Notes: generated by a model from the letters alone, not told the origin. A stretch of DNA of 62,628 nucleotides, filler included, from Sphacelaria rigidula (GCA_964200075.2; 7 parts of 7 records of this genome joined end to end with filler, not necessarily neighbours in it), one strand, 5' to 3'. Shown: positions 25,847 to 38,813, counted from the first letter of the whole stretch. Numbers and translations: made by a program.

Positions 25847-26438
25847 TGGCCAAAGTTAGAATAAATATCATTTTCACCCAATCGTCGCGATTTTTTCGAA
25901 GACGATTGGTCAGGTTCGCTCGAGAGTTTGAGAGTCGGTAGGACTTGGAAAAAGAAGCAGGTCGTGCGCAGGACACATTTCCCATTTTTTTGTCGGGATG
26001 ATACAGAACCAAATCTCGTCCAGCAAGGGGGTGTTATTCACCGCATACAACCCAAAAACACGGTAGTTCGGCTGTTGTTGTAGCGCAATGACTGTTGGGA
26101 AAACAGAAGAAAGCCATTGGATTTTTTATTGTAACGATTCGGACTGGGAGGTCGAGTGAAATTATCAAAGAGGGGGAACCGGGGGCTGTGAACTTGTAGG
26201 ACCTCAAGACTCGTGATGAACATTTTCAACGAGATACGGGTTCGTAGGACCACTTTGACGATGTGTGCGGTTTTTAAGGATCAAGGGCTGCCATGCCTAT
26301 TTGCGGCGCATGGTTCGCTGAATAGTCCGCCGTTCAGGCCGACACTCCATGGTGAAGCAGTTCAGTCATTTATCAGCACCGTATCTGTGATCCTTTGTCG
26401 TCACGAAAGAACGATTCCCTCGCCCAATAATTCCTCCA

Positions 26439-26486
26439 AGACTGGGACCTCGCATACCATTTAGACTGGGACCTCGCATACCATTT
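26439..26486. repeat. Exact 24-bp tandem duplication
   Basis: AGACTGGGACCTCGCATACCATTT x2. Confidence 0.85.
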
Positions 26487-26886
26487 ATTTGAACCTCCCC
26501 ACCCCCCTCGAAACCACCAATCTCTAGCTTTTATTCAGGGGCTACATATACAGCGTGCATTTTTCTTTTCTTGGAGGAACTGGCATCCTTGCCTCGCTTT
26601 CCATTGAAGTATCGAGTATCGTGAAGGGGCGATTTTCTACTCGCCGCCGCGCTCCGGTGGCTTTCCAGCAGAGTTCCTGATATACTCCGGAGTGTATAAT
26701 ATAATTAAGAGCGATGGCCTAGGAAAGGTATACCCTCTCGTTTTTTGCCCAAGAAAGGTACGAAAAATGGCCAGAAACGCGAAAACNNNNNNNNNNNNNN
26801 NNNNNNNNNNNNNNNNNNNNNNNNNNNNNNTTAATTAATTAANNNNNNNNNNNNNNNNNNNNNNNNNNNNNNNNNNNNNNNNNNNN

Positions 26887-29800
26887 ACGACGATCTGACT
26901 CGAAATTTCGAGCAACAAATGGCCCAAATCTCCCCCCCCTGTCGTAGGATGACTCTTGGGTTGGAAGGAGCACGTCGCTCCGTTGTTGACCGGAGCTGGT
27001 TACTTCACCGAGCAAGCTTCAGTCTCCGCCGTGCAAGTGGGCGTCCCGTATCGAAAGAGACGGACCTATGTGGTCACTTTGAAGGCTGATCATCAGGGGC
27101 AGGGGCCGCTGCGAGCGTGGAAGCAGCGAGTTAAAGCGTACACCGTGGCTTGCCCCATGTTGGGTCAGCTATTAGGGCGGACCGGCCCCTACTTCCTGGA
27201 GCCGACGGGATAGGGCAAGGCTATTCACGATTTCAAGTATCCGATACCCAGGTTATCGCGTTCCCGACTGACGAAGAGTAAACCTAGGTGTGAAGAATTC
27301 AAATTCCACAAGGCGGACGCAGGGGGATGGGAGGAAGCCGTCGAGCCGGAGAGAGACGATTTCGTCATAGTCGCGACTACCCTCGACCGCTACGCGACAC
27401 CACCCACGGTGAACAACGATTCCATGCCGGACAATGTGCCTATTTTCGTCCACCCCGTGGATGATGAAGGCGATTTTATCAAGCCTGGAAGCGGAAGGTT
27501 TGTTTAGCCTGACTCAGATTTGGAGCGAGGATGTAGGTTTCAGCGCGATCGCAGCGACGTGGTCTGGTGAGGAAGCAGAGTTACCAGAAACTTGGAGAGC
27601 CGCTGTAACGCGCTCGTCGGTCCCCGAGGCGGAGACTAAGTCAGACCAAGACCCTGGTGGGGGATGGCTTCAACTGAGGAGCCACTGGTACCAGGTAAGG
27701 GCAACACTAGGACCGTTCTCGAGCAGACGAGAGCGATCTTGATGGATGGACCGCGACTCGTTCTACTACAAGAGCGGAATTCCCGGCTTAGAAACATCAA
27801 GGAGAGGTAAAAAGAGGAACATCAGGATGAACGGACCAATAAGGAGCAGTATGCGTACGTTCTAGATGAGGATAATCTTCTATGGTATACCTCACCTAGG
27901 GCGCCGGCTAAGCTAGATATTCCCCGCAGTCTACCGCCAGGCTTGTTGGCGTTGGTGCACACTACGCACGGGCATGCCGGAGTAATGAGATCGACAGCAG
28001 TGATCAACGCACGTTACGAATGGCCAGGGCTTTTCACCGATACTCGCAGATACGTGCTGTCTTGGGGGTGTCGCCGTCGCAAGCGTACTAACAGTCACAC
28101 AATAGCGATGCCACCCGCCCGATTCTTGCGGGCGTGGGAGGTGCTAGAAATGGACATATTAGACATGGAGCAGGTTTCCATTTCGGGTTATAGGTACTTG
28201 TTGATCGTTGTGGATCGAGCGACCAAGTTTCTCTTTGCCTTCCCGCTTGCTGCCAAGACCACTTTTCCCGTAGCCAAATGTCTATTGAATCTCTTCTTGA
28301 CGTTCGGAGTACCCTATTTCCTTAGAAGTGACGCTGGGGGGAATTCACTCCAGAGGTATTAAGCCATGTATGCCCGTGGATGAAGGTGAAACTGGATCAT
28401 GGTCCAGCAGAGCACCCTCGCGGTCAGGGCGCGGTGGAAAGGTACGGTGGATGGTTGCACGACGTTTTGGCCGAGTTATGTGAGCAGTGGCCGAAAAGGT
28501 GGAATGAGTACGTAGATCCCGCTGCATGGATTCAGCATACCACCCCCGCATTGCCTGATAGCCCGACGCCATTCAAGCTGCTTTTTGGGCGCGAGCCGCG
28601 CACCCAAATCGACGCTGTGTGACTGGAAGTGGGGTCTCCACCTTTGAGTAGCACGGTGGAACAACAGCGACAGAATTTAAAGGATGTTCACGAGCTACTA
28701 ACCCAGCGCCACAAGCGGAGGGAGGAGGTAAGATCAGCTAGAAATGCCGAGATGACTCGCCAGTCGGCAGGATCGCGAGCTCAGGTAAGGGATCTGATGT
28801 TGGTCAAGGAGTCGGACAGCTCCCTTCTACACGAAGGTGTGCCGGCCAAACTGGTACACGAGTTGTGGACTGGACCGTGGATGGTGCGGCAGGTGGTGAT
28901 ACCAGGTCTCAGCCTCAAAGTCAACATGCAACGACGTAAAGTACGAGAACGGACGGTGTCCGCGGCCAATGTAAAGACATTTTATGTGCGCCCAGAACAG
29001 CTGCGGCATTCATTTCCAGACGAGTACTCTCAGTCAGCTTGAGGAGTTGACTTGAGGTTGGCTGAGGACATCGCGTCCATCCCACAACTGTATACGTTGA
29101 CGGACAGGAAAGTGGTAGTAGGCTCAGAGGCGTCGTGGGAATGGGAATATCGGGGGTTATTTCACGATAGGGCCGAGTCGCACTGGCTGTCAGAGGAGGA
29201 AGTTTTAGATAGCTTCACTGGGTTGCAGTTAGACATGTTTCATGCGTTGTGGAACTGTATCACCCACAGAGCAAACCGCGCCCATCTGTCACACCATCTC
29301 GAGCAGAAAGGGACTCGATTGCTCGGGATGAAGCGTTACGGCAGATTGCCCGAGGGACCAAAACCCGTGAACACTTTTCGGACCGCCAAGGTGAGCGCAA
29401 CAGGAATTCGAAGGGGTGCTTTTCGATTTCCGTCAACCATATTACCGTATCAAGTATGAGGATGGAGATTGGGAAGATGACACAACTGCAGGTACGAAAA
29501 TACTCGGTGGATGGAGGAGATACCGGAACAGTGCCTGGGTCAAGATGAACTACGAGGGAGACCGCTTCTGCACGGTGTCTAAATTCCCAACGTGACCTAA
29601 TCCGGCAGAGCGGTCAACACAGCGGGAACCTCTTCCGGACTAGATGGGGTCGCTCTGCACAATGTTTCAATTCCCTGCGTGGTCTACCTCGGCAGAACGG
29701 TTATCAAGATCGACGGCTACACGAACACAACGTTGAATACTCGAGGACGAGGAACCTGGTAACGCGGCGATCCATCGTCGAACCACGTTCAGCCCTAGGG

Positions 29801-30218
29801 TTTGTCAACTCTAGGTCTGAGGGGGGGTGTTATGGATCGCGGTATGCATGGAGAAAGGGCAGTACAATGATGGGCCCGTCTTTCTGATGGAACAGTCCCA
29901 GAGGGCCGACTGCGGGAACTGGCATTGTGCCGCAGTCAGGGTTGCCGCAGTCAGGGTTGAGGATGTTTGAGGCCGTATGCAGACATTGACATCAACATGC
30001 CTCTTTACATCCGACTTGAACTCGACTCCTGAGAATCGATGACGGCCGGCACCCTGGTTTTGCAATCCTTTCTGGAACGAGCTAAAAACCACCATTGAAA
30101 AAGAGAAACTGAATCGGCCCTGAAACTGTGATCAAGATACCCTGACGTTCAACGTTGCTCTGTTCTGCGTTGGATTTTCCACTCGTGCGGTGCGTTAATT
30201 GGTTGATTAGCGGATACA
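26887..30218 (+). mobile_element. Decayed Ty3/gypsy LTR retrotransposon, 3' half (integrase, chromo-like, Tudor-like, PPT, 3' LTR)
   Basis: Zn-finger HTTHGHAG (27943), core MDILD...LIVVDRATKF...LRSDAG, HPRGQGAVER, LWTGPW. Purine tract GAGGGGGGG is followed by TGTTATGG at 29828 (LTR start). The LTR end is approximate. Frameshifts and stops are present. Confidence 0.9.
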
Positions 30219-31058
30219 CGGTGAGTGCGTAAGGATGAAATGATCATGAGGGGTGGATCTAGATAACGTGTGTCGACACGATAATAGAAAATGCGGATTC
30301 GTGAACAAACAGTATGATGTTCGACCTGGAGACTTTATTTCCAGGGGGTGTGATTAGGTTGCGAAATGAGCAATGCTATCTGAACGTGTATAGAATAACG
30401 AAACTTCGGTACTGGTGTGACTGAATTCATTGCACGGGAAAGACATGTAGCGTTGACCACAGCCCTGCACAACCCATTCTGTTTGCAACACCCCCGCATG
30501 CTGCGTGTTTTACCGAATAGTATATGACGTACCAATTCCAAAACGAATATGCATTATATATAGGCCACCGACATGCTCTGGTTATCATTAACTATGTATG
30601 AGGCGCGGGGAGCGTAGGTTTTGTCAAGGAATGCAAGGACGCAACCATACTGCAGTACAGGCAGTATGAACCAAGTGATTCGAACGAGACACAAGACGAA
30701 GCATTTACATTATGATAAATACCTGGGCGTTTTGGTACTGGAACGAGTCCACCAGTCCCTCCACTACTTACCGTACGAAGATAGCAAGGGTTGGACGAAT
30801 CAGTGCTTCGTCCGGAAAATATTCGATTTCCAGTGTAATTGATTCGTACCGTACGAATCAATCCCTCGGCTTTGTTTTCAGCGTTGCAACCCAGGTACGC
30901 GTACCCCAGGCACGTGGGATGGCGCAAACGTTGCGTGGAGATCTGTTTGACTAGCGGTCGACATTTTTCTCCCTTTTGAGTAAATCAGGCCTAAGAAATC
31001 GTGGCTTTGGTCATTCGAATCGGCGATGATTCGTCCGAACCGTGGAAGATAGATACCA

Positions 31059-31367
31059 CGTGTAAATTACTCAATGAGTTACGGGCACACCTTCTCACTT
31101 TAGAGTAGAAGGGCCCAGCCGAGACTACTCCAGTTTCCCCGCCGAAATCCGAGACGGCAACGTCACGAACACCGGAATGAATTGAAATTGGAAGCGCCCT
31201 GGACACAGGGCAATCTATCAAGACTACTCGGGCCAGTCCCCACATGGACCGCGTCCCTAATCCCAACCCTAGTCCTAACCCTAGCCCTAACACTAACCCT
31301 AACTGTAGGGGGGGTTTGAACTTCGATTTGGTCCAAAATGCACGCGGCCAGCTCACGCATTAGACAC
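31059..31367. mobile_element. TIR element with an internal telomere-like (CCCTAA)n core; same family as 51010-51208
   Basis: About 8 degenerate CCCTAA units at 31255-31303. Flanks CGGGCCAG-CCC...GGACC and GCACGCGG..CTCACGCAT match the reverse complement of the 51010 copy. The left end is uncertain. Confidence 0.65.
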
Positions 31368-33489
31368 GCAACGCTCCAAACGTTCTTTTGTTTACTGCAC
31401 AATACTCCTGATTGTGAACACGTGATGTCTCAGTACCGTCTCTCCTGTTTGTAACCAGCGGAGCGTGTGCACTCTGATCCTATGAGAACCCGAATGAGCG
31501 AGATAACGGAGACCAAAATTACGCCGCTGTCCAAGAATCGAGGACCAAAGGGTTGATCTCCAGGTTGCGCGAAATCCGCGGCTTCTGGAACTGGACCAGT
31601 TTGGGCTACAACGTTCAATAATCCGAGCGCGTAACTCCATGTCACACACGAGGCGTACGTGGCAAAAACCTTCAACCAGTGGACAAAAGAGAAAACAAAG
31701 TATTGAGGCTGCCATTGCGAGCGTGGCCCAACCGTCCAAGGAGACACGAAATCGATCTCGACAAAACGAAGGCGTGTCCGAACGCTGATCGTTATCAGTG
31801 CTTTGCGAAAACGCCTCCAAGAATGCTACACGACAACGGTGGAAGAAGTCTGCAAACACGTACGCTGTGACAGGAAGGCTTTCGGCCTCTCGCGTTACGG
31901 TAAAAAAGCACACGTACGTCCGGATGAGTTTGCGAGAAATCCTGATGGCGTGGTCCTTACACCCATTAGCCATTCTTGTCGACCGCATCTACACAGCGTG
32001 CCCGCATATCTGCACTGTGTATGCTTGTAAAATTCGAAGGCTACCCGTAGGTTCTGCATCGATCCTCTAATTCACGTGCAGCGACCCTGGAGAACCCCAG
32101 GACTTCAACGGGCCAGGTCTTCCGGCCTTGTCTTGGCAAAGAAGTGACGTTTCCTCAGCGTACTACTGACTTTGCGTGAGTCTGCCCACCCGTGCGATAC
32201 AGCCAGAGAGAGCGGTTCCTGCATCGTGAGGTCCGTTCTTCGCGGTGGGGTACCTTTTGAAAATTCCCACCAGTGTTTCTACTTTCCCACTGAAAAATGG
32301 GGAATACGACAGGTTCATACTCCAAGGTGTGGGGCTACGTCCTACATGCGACATTTCACGTTGCAGTGTGATACCAGCTGCGCAGGCGTCCACTATCATC
32401 TCGATCGTTCCCTAGAACGACAAAATCGTATATACCTGCAGTGCACCCACGAGTTGTGCAGTACTAGGGTGGTGAATTTCCCAAGGTGCTTGAAAGAGAC
32501 AGTAGCGCTGGCTGCCATGGGTGCCCACTTTCCAAGTCTCGGAAGGTAAGTGGACATCGCGACGGACAACAGTCATTGTAAGTCCCCAAACACGAGCAAT
32601 GGAAAATGGAAACCCTGCAAGGAAAAATATCGCAAGGTCGGGGACTGGCTACCATTTCCATTGTTGAAAAGGGGTCCTCAGAGACTGTAGTCCACGGTAC
32701 GTGTTACAGGGTGGATAATGACCCTGTATAGTAGGCGATAGAGCAATTGGATCATGGCTACACCTTCTTCAGTCTAATGATGACTTGATGGGAAACATAT
32801 CGTGCAACTCTGTCCCCCACCGGGCCACAAGAGAAAACCGAAAGCAAACCAATTCTGAAGGCAAAACTGATAATCGTCGCCCGACTATTGTATTGCACTT
32901 CGCATCTGCTGACCACTGCTAACAGCACGCATCATCCACCAAGGATCGACCCACATGCTGAGCAAGGTGCTTGCACACATCTTCACTTCTGCACTGGGAC
33001 TGAGAGAGGCAAGATCTAATCAGTGTTGCGTGGTTTCTACCGTAGGTTGGACCGTATCGGAATGAAAGTGTCACGGTAATTAGGTAGCCAGCGAAGTCTG
33101 GTGTGAAACGTGTCCCCGATCGGTAGAGGTCCCTGCGTTCCTAACACTGATACATCTTTGCGTCTGCGACATACGCACCGAGATAGGTGGTGAAGATTTG
33201 ACGAGTTGCTTTGTCAAGATATGCGCGTGCTTCCCCAGCGCGAGGAAGAGAAGGCATGTCGCTTCCGTCATCCTTTCGGTTACTCCGACCCAGAGGGCGC
33301 TCTCCAGCCGCCGTATCGCTGCGTCGGCGGCGCGCTCGAAATACCCCTGTTGTTCACAGTACGAGACAAACGTTGGGTCAGAGTGGTTCTACAGTAGGTG
33401 TGCACATTTCTTTTCTCAGGCTCTGTACTATTGGAGCCTCCGGATGACAAACATCCGGGCTATAGTGCGCAGCCTCAGAAAACGTTTGG

Positions 33490-33527
33490 AGTAAAAAGTA
33501 AGTGCACCAGTAAAAAGTAAGTGCACC
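33490..33527. repeat. Exact 19-bp tandem duplication
   Basis: AGTAAAAAGTAAGTGCACC x2. Confidence 0.85.
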
Positions 33528-35176
33528 TCTACCCTAGAATTCGTCCTTATCCATCTTGCCACCCGTTGTTTCTATTCCGAGAATTCGTCCACAGGCAGTC
33601 TACCTCGAGAATTTGGGGGGAGCGGGTTCTGAACGGGTTCCGTAGTAGTAGATGTAGGCTGAACAGACAGGAGTAGTAGCTACAACAGCAAGATTGATGC
33701 AAACTGAAACCGTCTATTTTCGATAAAGTGCGCGTGCAGCAATCTGTTCTCACACGATATCCAACATGGAAGACGAAGGTGGGAGCAACGACGTGTATGG
33801 TCGAATGAATAATTCACTCATCAAATGACCCTCTAGAAATCCAGTCGTGTTTACAACAGACGTACCCGGCGTGAGTAAACACGAACACACCTGACCAAGG
33901 AAGCTCGAGGAAGAGGGAATATGAAGATAAAATGTTATGGTATTTGAAGGGTCTAGCGTTGATAAGGTACCGCAGCGCTCTGGACATACAGATGTCGGAG
34001 TAAACGAACGCTTGGATATGATCTTGGTTAGCCGTCGAGGGATGTCAGCTTGTTGAAAGATCCAACTCGATGTTCTGGGTAGTCGATGGGAGATACAGTA
34101 TGGTTGATGTCTGCACATCGAATGATCATGTGCACAACGGATAGTATTCCCGAAAAGTTCGTTGGATGGAGGATATGTGATCTTTGGTCATTGTATCATG
34201 ATTAGTTACGGATATAATTCCTGCGTAAGGTAATCACGCTGGCGCCCCGAGCGATCATCTGAACTCACTCCATTTTGGGCCCAGGATATCATCAGCCTTG
34301 CCGCCGTTGCTCTGAGTTCCAAGTGATTCCTTACCAGAGAGTTTTGTGGTCGTTGGAAAACTACTGGCTCTGGTTCGTATTGTAAAGTATAAGAAGATAA
34401 CGAATCTCTGGGAACACCTGATTCAATTGCTACTACTGTGATTGGGTCTGTATTGGTTTGCTGCACCCAGCTGTGCGCATTGCAACCTGGTACACACGGC
34501 CTCTGTTAGTGAGAATATATCAGGGCAAACGTGTACTGAGGCTGCCTTCTCCAAGGCGATTAGCCATAAGCTCATAATATATGGGGTTTCAGCTTACAGC
34601 GATCAAGCTCTCGTTGTGTGCTGCGTACCGTGTTGCAAAGTGTTCTCCTGTGCTTCCCTGAGGGAATCTCCCACATTTTGTTTCCGTGTGAGGGCCTGTT
34701 TTCAGCGCGGCGCAATTTCGCTTTTCCCTGTCGCGCTCCTGTACGCTGGTTTGTCCTGGTCTGCCGCCCGCAGCAGTAACACTTGTAGTATAAGCGCGCA
34801 CCACTGTGCCGCCTGCATTGAGCGTTTTCTGGTGTGTCGTGTCGACTGTATCACTAGCCGTTCCTATGTGCGCATTTTGCGCGTGCTATAACAGTCAGTC
34901 GCACTTTTTGGTACCAAGCATTTTTCGTTTTCCCGCCTGCGGGAGTGCTGTTGTTACAGCTGCACGTTTTCTTTTCTCCTCGGAACTCCTTCCTGTGCGC
35001 ACATTCGCCCCTGGCTGCCGCCGACACAAGTAACGATCGTAGCATCAGCGTGCACCTCCGTGCTCGCTATTGTATATAGTTTGCTATGGCTTTGTGAATT
35101 CTGTACATGCTGCGATCGTTCCCTTGCTGTCTACCCCGTTTCCGGCGTAAAGCAGTACGTGTACAATTGGTTTCAG

Positions 35177-35590
35177 GTCCGAACAAAGAAGCCCCGAGCG
35201 GGCTGCGTCGAGGTTTGTGTGTACAGAGCACCGAGGTTCAGCACCGTTTACTGCACAACTTTGCTGACGATGCGCACCCTACAACACTCTCGACGTTCCA
35301 TTTTTATATCAGCACCGGCCATAATCCCTTTCGCCTGCACTTCGTCTACGCACGCCTGGATAACCCATGTGTGCAGCACAAAAACGGTCAGTGTTGCACC
35401 CCGATGTCGCCCTCTGTGCGTGCTGAACAATATGTAGTACAGTTTGCTTACTGTGCATTGTTGTTGTTGTCTTCACATTGAAACTATTTTGCATGATTGC
35501 TTTTGTGATGCCCCGACACCAGAGTATCGCTTTACCCCGGTGATGGTTCGTGGTTGGAAGAACATCCACCACTACGCCGAGAACGCCAAG
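35177..35590 (+). CDS. Two probable exons of an unidentified small protein (PNKEAPSGLRR-EYRFTPVMVRGWKNIHHYAENAK), partial
   Basis: TTTCAG|35177-35212|GTTTGT and CCAG|35523-35590|GTCAGT, phase consistent, with strongly C/G-ending codons in the second exon. An alternative reading frame is also open. Confidence 0.45.
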
Positions 35591-36266
35591 GTCAGTCTGT
35601 GTACGGCACTCTTTAGCGGCAGCGACTCGATGCCGTGCGATATATATATATATATATATAACAGTGTTTTCGTGAGATTGAAAGTAGATGACACGATTGA
35701 GAGTGGCTTTGATCACTCACTTTAAGTGAGTCATTTTTTTATTCCACNNNNNNNNNNNNNNNNNNNNNNNNNNNNNNNNNNNNNNNNNNNNTTAATTAAT
35801 TAANNNNNNNNNNNNNNNNNNNNNNNNNNNNNNNNNNNNNNNNNNNNCCCCGGTCGCCCAGAATGAGGTTTTCGGGAAATTGGGGGGGTGAACACCGTTT
35901 TCCAGTCTGTAGGGCCCCTTGCCCCCCCAACCCTCCTCGGGACTGCTCGATATTCTCAAGGGATTCACTCATTTCCTCCCCGGGTGCCTGCCTTGAAATT
36001 ATTATGCAGCATCGAATCAGCACGTCCGCAGGCTGTCACATTTTATGGGGAAATGTCACAGTATTCTCCCGGTTATTTTGCAACAATATGGCTCTCCCAT
36101 GTGCTCGGGTACGTGCGTTATCTAACATGTGTCGAGTACGAAGCCGAACGCCGAAAGGGGTACAATATTCTGGCGAAGCTCAACACCTAAATCCTCTAGT
36201 GGGATGACCATTCGCACGCGCGTGTAGGCGGATATGCGATTTTATCACTCCAGTGACCGGCTTCAG

Positions 36267-38205
36267 TACAAGACTGGTGGCCGATATCACGGCGAGTGGA
36301 GAGACAACAACAAGCACGGCTACGGTACCAACACCTGGGTCAACGGAAACAAGTACGAGGGAGTGAGTGGCGTACATGAGCACGTATGGCCGGTATCAGC
36401 GGCATAGTGCGTACGTATGGTCCAACACAGCACAGAAAACTCGTGCATAAAAGGTGTGACCCAGAAGCCGCCGCATGGTGGATGGGATTTGACATTTTTC
36501 AAGTCGTGCCGGGTCAAACGTTCGAGTAGGGGGTCACTTTCCCACGGTCTTGTAGTATCAACACGGGATTTTACAAACTGGGCAGGGATCATTTATTGGG
36601 GATGAAAACCCGCAGAATTCAAATCTTTGTATCCACACCAAATCTTTGAAGTATGCTTCCATTTCTTCACTTGCTGGTAGCTATTGACAACTGCTACACG
36701 CCATACAAATTTGGATTTATATATCCGAAATGTCGGGGTTCTCGGTGTAAAACCAATTTTAGGGGATTTTAGGTGTCCGATCGGACCCCCAAAATTTGTT
36801 TTTCACCGAGGACCCCGACATTCCGATTGTATAAATCCAAATTTGTATGGCGTGTAGCAGTTGTCAATAGCTACCATCAAGTGAAGAAATGCATACTTCG
36901 AAGATTTGACGTGGATACGAAGATTTGACTTCTCAGGGTTTGCATCCCCAATGAAAGACGCATCTCCAATTTGTAAAATCCCGTGTTTATCATAGATACG
37001 GATATCCATCGCTGACATCCATCTTTTGCATTAGGATCAGGATTAGTATTCGGGTTCGGGTGAGGCTTAGGGCTTGGGTTCGGGCTCGGCTGAGGCCAAG
37101 GGATATATATGATTGATGGACGCGGATATCCACAAGAATATCCCAGTTGGATGTATATATATATATATACATACATATTTGGATATTCACCATGGATGTT
37201 AGATCCATCATGGATGTCCCAGAGATAAGCCCCGGATCGATATCCATATCCATGACAGATATTATATGTTAATTCAAGCCTCCTCGCTTTCGCATTACCG
37301 CCACTTCATAAGCGCTCAGGCGATCGGTGAATGGCTGTGCTTTCGTGCGCCAGTGTACGCGGACTAGTAGTCGAAATTTTAATCACTGTTGGGTCGGCAT
37401 GGAGGTTTATCTAAACAAAAAAAGCTGCACGCCATGTCAAACTGATTAATCAACCCAACGCAGGAGTGGGAAGATGGCAAGCGGCACGGGAAAGGCACAT
37501 TCTGGGTGAAGGAGGGGACAAAGCTCCGGAAACAATATGCGGGTTGCTGGGAAGGTAAGGAATATCGCAACTGCTGCCCAGGATGGTGTTCGAATACTTG
37601 AATGACTCAATGTAAAGCGTCCCTAAATGCCGTGCTGCAGTCAGCCGCGATGGATTGATTTGTGAAACCGAGGTCGCAGATACATATGCCGACCGGAAGA
37701 AGACCATACACCGTAGATATTTATCTCATGGCGAGTCATCCGTATCCTGCTCACAAGCTTGACGGGCGACTTTAAGCCTTTTACCTATGGCGTTGACATC
37801 GTTATCGTATCAGGGTCGATGATATGAGTGATTGACACAGAACGCTGTCAAGTCAAGCTCTTCTAGACGTACTTCAAGAAGCGGCAGGGTACATGATGCC
37901 AGCAGCGGAGCCTTCCCGCTCTTGAAAAGCGCTAGCGCCTTGCCCCATTCATCTCTCTCTGGTAACGACGTACCTGTCGTTAGTTTAAATATATGTGTGA
38001 CCACTGACTTTTCCCCATGTTCCATGACTCATGCTTAACCGTCAGACGAAAAACTCGTGCACCCTTCTTCGTTTTTGTGCAACTAAAAGACGACCAACGC
38101 CATGGACAAGGGGTGTTCTTCTATTCGGATGGGGCAAGATACGACGGTGGTTGGGAAAATAATCGCCGTAGCGGACACGGTGTGATGATGTACGAGAATG
38201 GGGAG
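36267..38205 (+). CDS. MORN-repeat protein (MORN3-like), three internal exons, partial
   Basis: Exons 36267 (or 36254)-36362 (YKTGGRYHGEWRDNNKHGYGTNTWVNGNKYEG), 37464-37554 (EWEDGKRHGKGTFWVKEGTKLRKQYAGCWE) and 38090-38205 (DDQRHGQGVFFYSDGARYDGGWENNRRSGHGVMMYENGE). Phases are consistent and the Y-x-G-x-W-x4-H-G-x-G MORN pattern repeats. Confidence 0.88.
36560..36987. mobile_element. Long foldback element in a MORN intron; related arm at ~9675-9792
   Basis: AACACGGGATTTTACAAA...TTTGTAAAATCCCGTGTT. Arms of ~200 bp include a long perfect block (GGTAGCTATTGACAACTGCTACACGCCATACAAATTTGGATTTATA and its reverse complement). Confidence 0.85.
36990..37255. mobile_element. MITE with TCAT(A/G)GATA-GGATATC TIRs, a degenerate TTAGGG-like core and (TA)n
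   Basis: Left TCATAGATACGGATATC, right GATATCCATATCCATGA. Hexamer array at 37031-37084. Confidence 0.65.
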
Positions 38206-38463
38206 GTGAGAAAATGTATTTAACCTATACACGTCGCCTTGGTCACTTTTAGGACGAAATGTATGAGGAACGTTCGGCAATGAGTGGTCAAATGTAGTAA
38301 GGATAGGTATGGACAGACTCCACACACCTTCCTCGATAGATCGATGTGCAATAAGCTATGCACGAGGTGCAATGATGTGTCCGAAAGCTACATGATTCAC
38401 AGGTAGGCTCACGTGACCGATGGTCAACAGTAGCAAGCAGGCAGAAGAAGCTCGAAGGCTTAA

Positions 38464-38813
38464 TGTCTTGTAACTCTCACTTATTATTCCCTTGCTCGCC
38501 TAGCACACTGTTCTCACCAAAGGTAAACAGTAGAAGCAGATGTCCGGCTCGAAGGGCAGCTCGAGAGTGAGCGAGTGTGCATGGAACGCAACCTACCCGA
38601 CCTCGGCCCGAGAAGGCGTTTCGCCTCCTCGGAACTAGGGCATATCAGCCTGTACACTAACCTTCCCCAGATAGGGTACACCAGTCTGTACATCAAACTT
38701 CCCCAGAACTATGGGAGCATTCCCATGGATGGATCGAGTGATCTGTGAGCCAACCTGACCCAAAGTTGTCTGTGGGAACAAATGACGCCTCTCTATCTTC
38801 CTTCCTCATGACA
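38464..38813 (-). repeat. 3' LTR of the minus-strand gypsy element
   Basis: Minus strand reads GGGTGGGTGAG (PPT-like), then TGTCATG...CAAGACA (near-inverted termini). Confidence 0.7.

Noticed and set aside
26439-26486. CRISPR-like direct repeats
   Set aside because: Only two adjacent copies with no spacer; simple tandem duplication.
31392-34466. ORFs and exon-like segments (e.g. donor GAAG|GTAAGT at ~32545, segment 33209-33358)
   Set aside because: No recognisable homology and no consistent exon chain could be built. A gene here is possible but unsupported.
35177-36362. Joining the 35.2-35.6 kb exons to the MORN exons (phases happen to fit)
   Set aside because: They lie on different concatenated contigs, either side of spacer 35748-35847.
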